From: an uncultured Thermoleophilia bacterium
GTDB taxonomy: Bacteria > Actinomycetota > Thermoleophilia > RBG-16-64-13
Length of the DNA: 64,000 bases
NCBI GenBank assembly: GCA_963772095.1
Contig: CAVYVU010000019.1
Location: 12,239-76,238 of the forward strand
Reading direction: 5' to 3'
Shown here: positions 63,301-64,000 of the stretch, piece by piece
How the letters are laid out: each line of letters begins with the position of its first letter
Position numbering within the stretch: position 1 is the stretch's first letter
Made by a program: the position numbers and the translations under genes
Notes under the pieces: generated by a model
The model's input: the letters and a program-made list of their open reading frames with translations, nothing else
What the model was told of the DNA's origin: nothing
Database searches by the model: none

Positions 63301-64000
63301 ACATCAAGGACATGATCAAGAAGCACCGGCTCAACCGGCTGGTGGTGGCCTCCTGCTCGCCGCGGACGCACGAGATCCTCTTCCAGGAGACGCTGCGCGA
63401 GAGCGGGCTCAACCAGTACCTGTTCGCGATGACCAACATCCGCGACCAGGGCTCCTGGGTCCACAAGGACGACCCCGTCGGCGGCGACCGACAAGGCCGT
63501 CGACCTCATGGCCATGGCCGTGGCGCGGGCGCGGCATCTGAAGGCGCTGCAGACCGGGCAACTGCCGGTGACGGCCTCGGCGCTCATCCTGGGCGGCGGA
63601 CTGGCCGGCATGACCGCGGCGCTGGGCATCGCCGACCAGGGCTTCGAGGTGCACCTGGTCGAGAAGGAGCCGGCTCTGGGCGGCCTCCTGCGCCACATTC
63701 ACACCACGCTCGAGGGGGCCGACGTCGAGGCCTACCTGCGCCAACTGGTGGACAAGGTCCAGGCCCACCCCGGTATCGACGTCTACCTGAACGCCACGCC
63801 CGCGAGCATCAGCGGACACGTGGGCAACTTCAAGAGCGTCCTCAACGTGGCGGGGCGCGAGCTGCCGATCAGCCACGGCGTGATCATCGTCGCCACGGGC
63901 GGCCAGGAGCGGCCCACCGAGCTGTACCTGCACGGCAAGAACCCGCACGTGACCACGCAGAGCAAGCTGGAGGCGGTGCTGGCCGGCGGCGATCTTCCGC
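60330..64000 (+). CDS. hdrA: Large HdrA-like flavoprotein (HdrL-type) with inserted GltD-like module and a second HdrA unit; 3' end outside window, many frameshifts
   Basis: GGRMAQLDKTFPTGDCAMC; APCKASCP...GRVCQHPCE; GGGPAG; GGGDVAMD; QCVGSRD; YCSSICC; GVFICHCG; SCSPRTHE. Confidence 0.9.

Noticed and set aside
51632-64000. Selenocysteine in MvhD or HdrA
   Set aside because: The positions I checked (CHY, YTCS, SCSPR) are TGC; no in-frame TGA at conserved Cys sites was seen.
1-64000. CRISPR array, rRNA, and the many long antisense or alternate-frame ORFs
   Set aside because: No regularly spaced repeats or rRNA motifs were seen; the shadow ORFs are Arg/Pro/Ala-rich by-products of high GC overlapping well-supported genes.

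Overview
High-GC bacterial window. Thr-rich lipoproteins, a CutRS-like two-component pair and an anaerobic Hdr/MvhD metabolism suggest an anaerobic actinobacterium, possibly Thermoleophilia-like (inference only). Many single-base frameshifts, concentrated at 13.8-14.5 kb, 41.8-44.6 kb and 52-63.5 kb, look like assembly errors. Layout: (1) 0.4-7.5 kb, a seven-gene zinc-ribbon/SPFH/DUF2207 membrane operon, one gene of which appears to start at ACG; (2) modE, then a ~2.3 kb insert holding a 30-codon DNA-methyltransferase relic coupled to a GIY-YIG-like nuclease; (3) 10.3-21 kb, a Mo/W region with three ModE-type boxes, covering DUF364, a FecCD-type ABC transporter, two sulfite-oxidase-fold lipoproteins, FmdE, modABCD and an NTPase; (4) 21-34 kb, housekeeping and envelope genes (ECF sigma, VanW, birA, bioY, uppP, SLH deacetylase, two-component pair, HtrA, acyP, nitroreductase); (5) tRNA-Arg(CCT) followed by accessory DNA (GT14, radical SAM, a mini IS3, HIRAN, orphan antitoxin, PAS kinase, CheB-CheR-PAS-PP2C with STAS); (6) 51.5-64 kb, a glnA relic followed by mvhD, a metF-like gene, two Fe-S/FMN GltB-type genes, a GATase-GXGXG fusion, hdrC, hdrB and a giant HdrA with an embedded GltD-like module. 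The best candidates for an undescribed system are this Hdr-coupled split glutamate synthase cluster, the putative ModE-regulated pterin/Mo-W scavenging module and the zinc-ribbon/SPFH operon.
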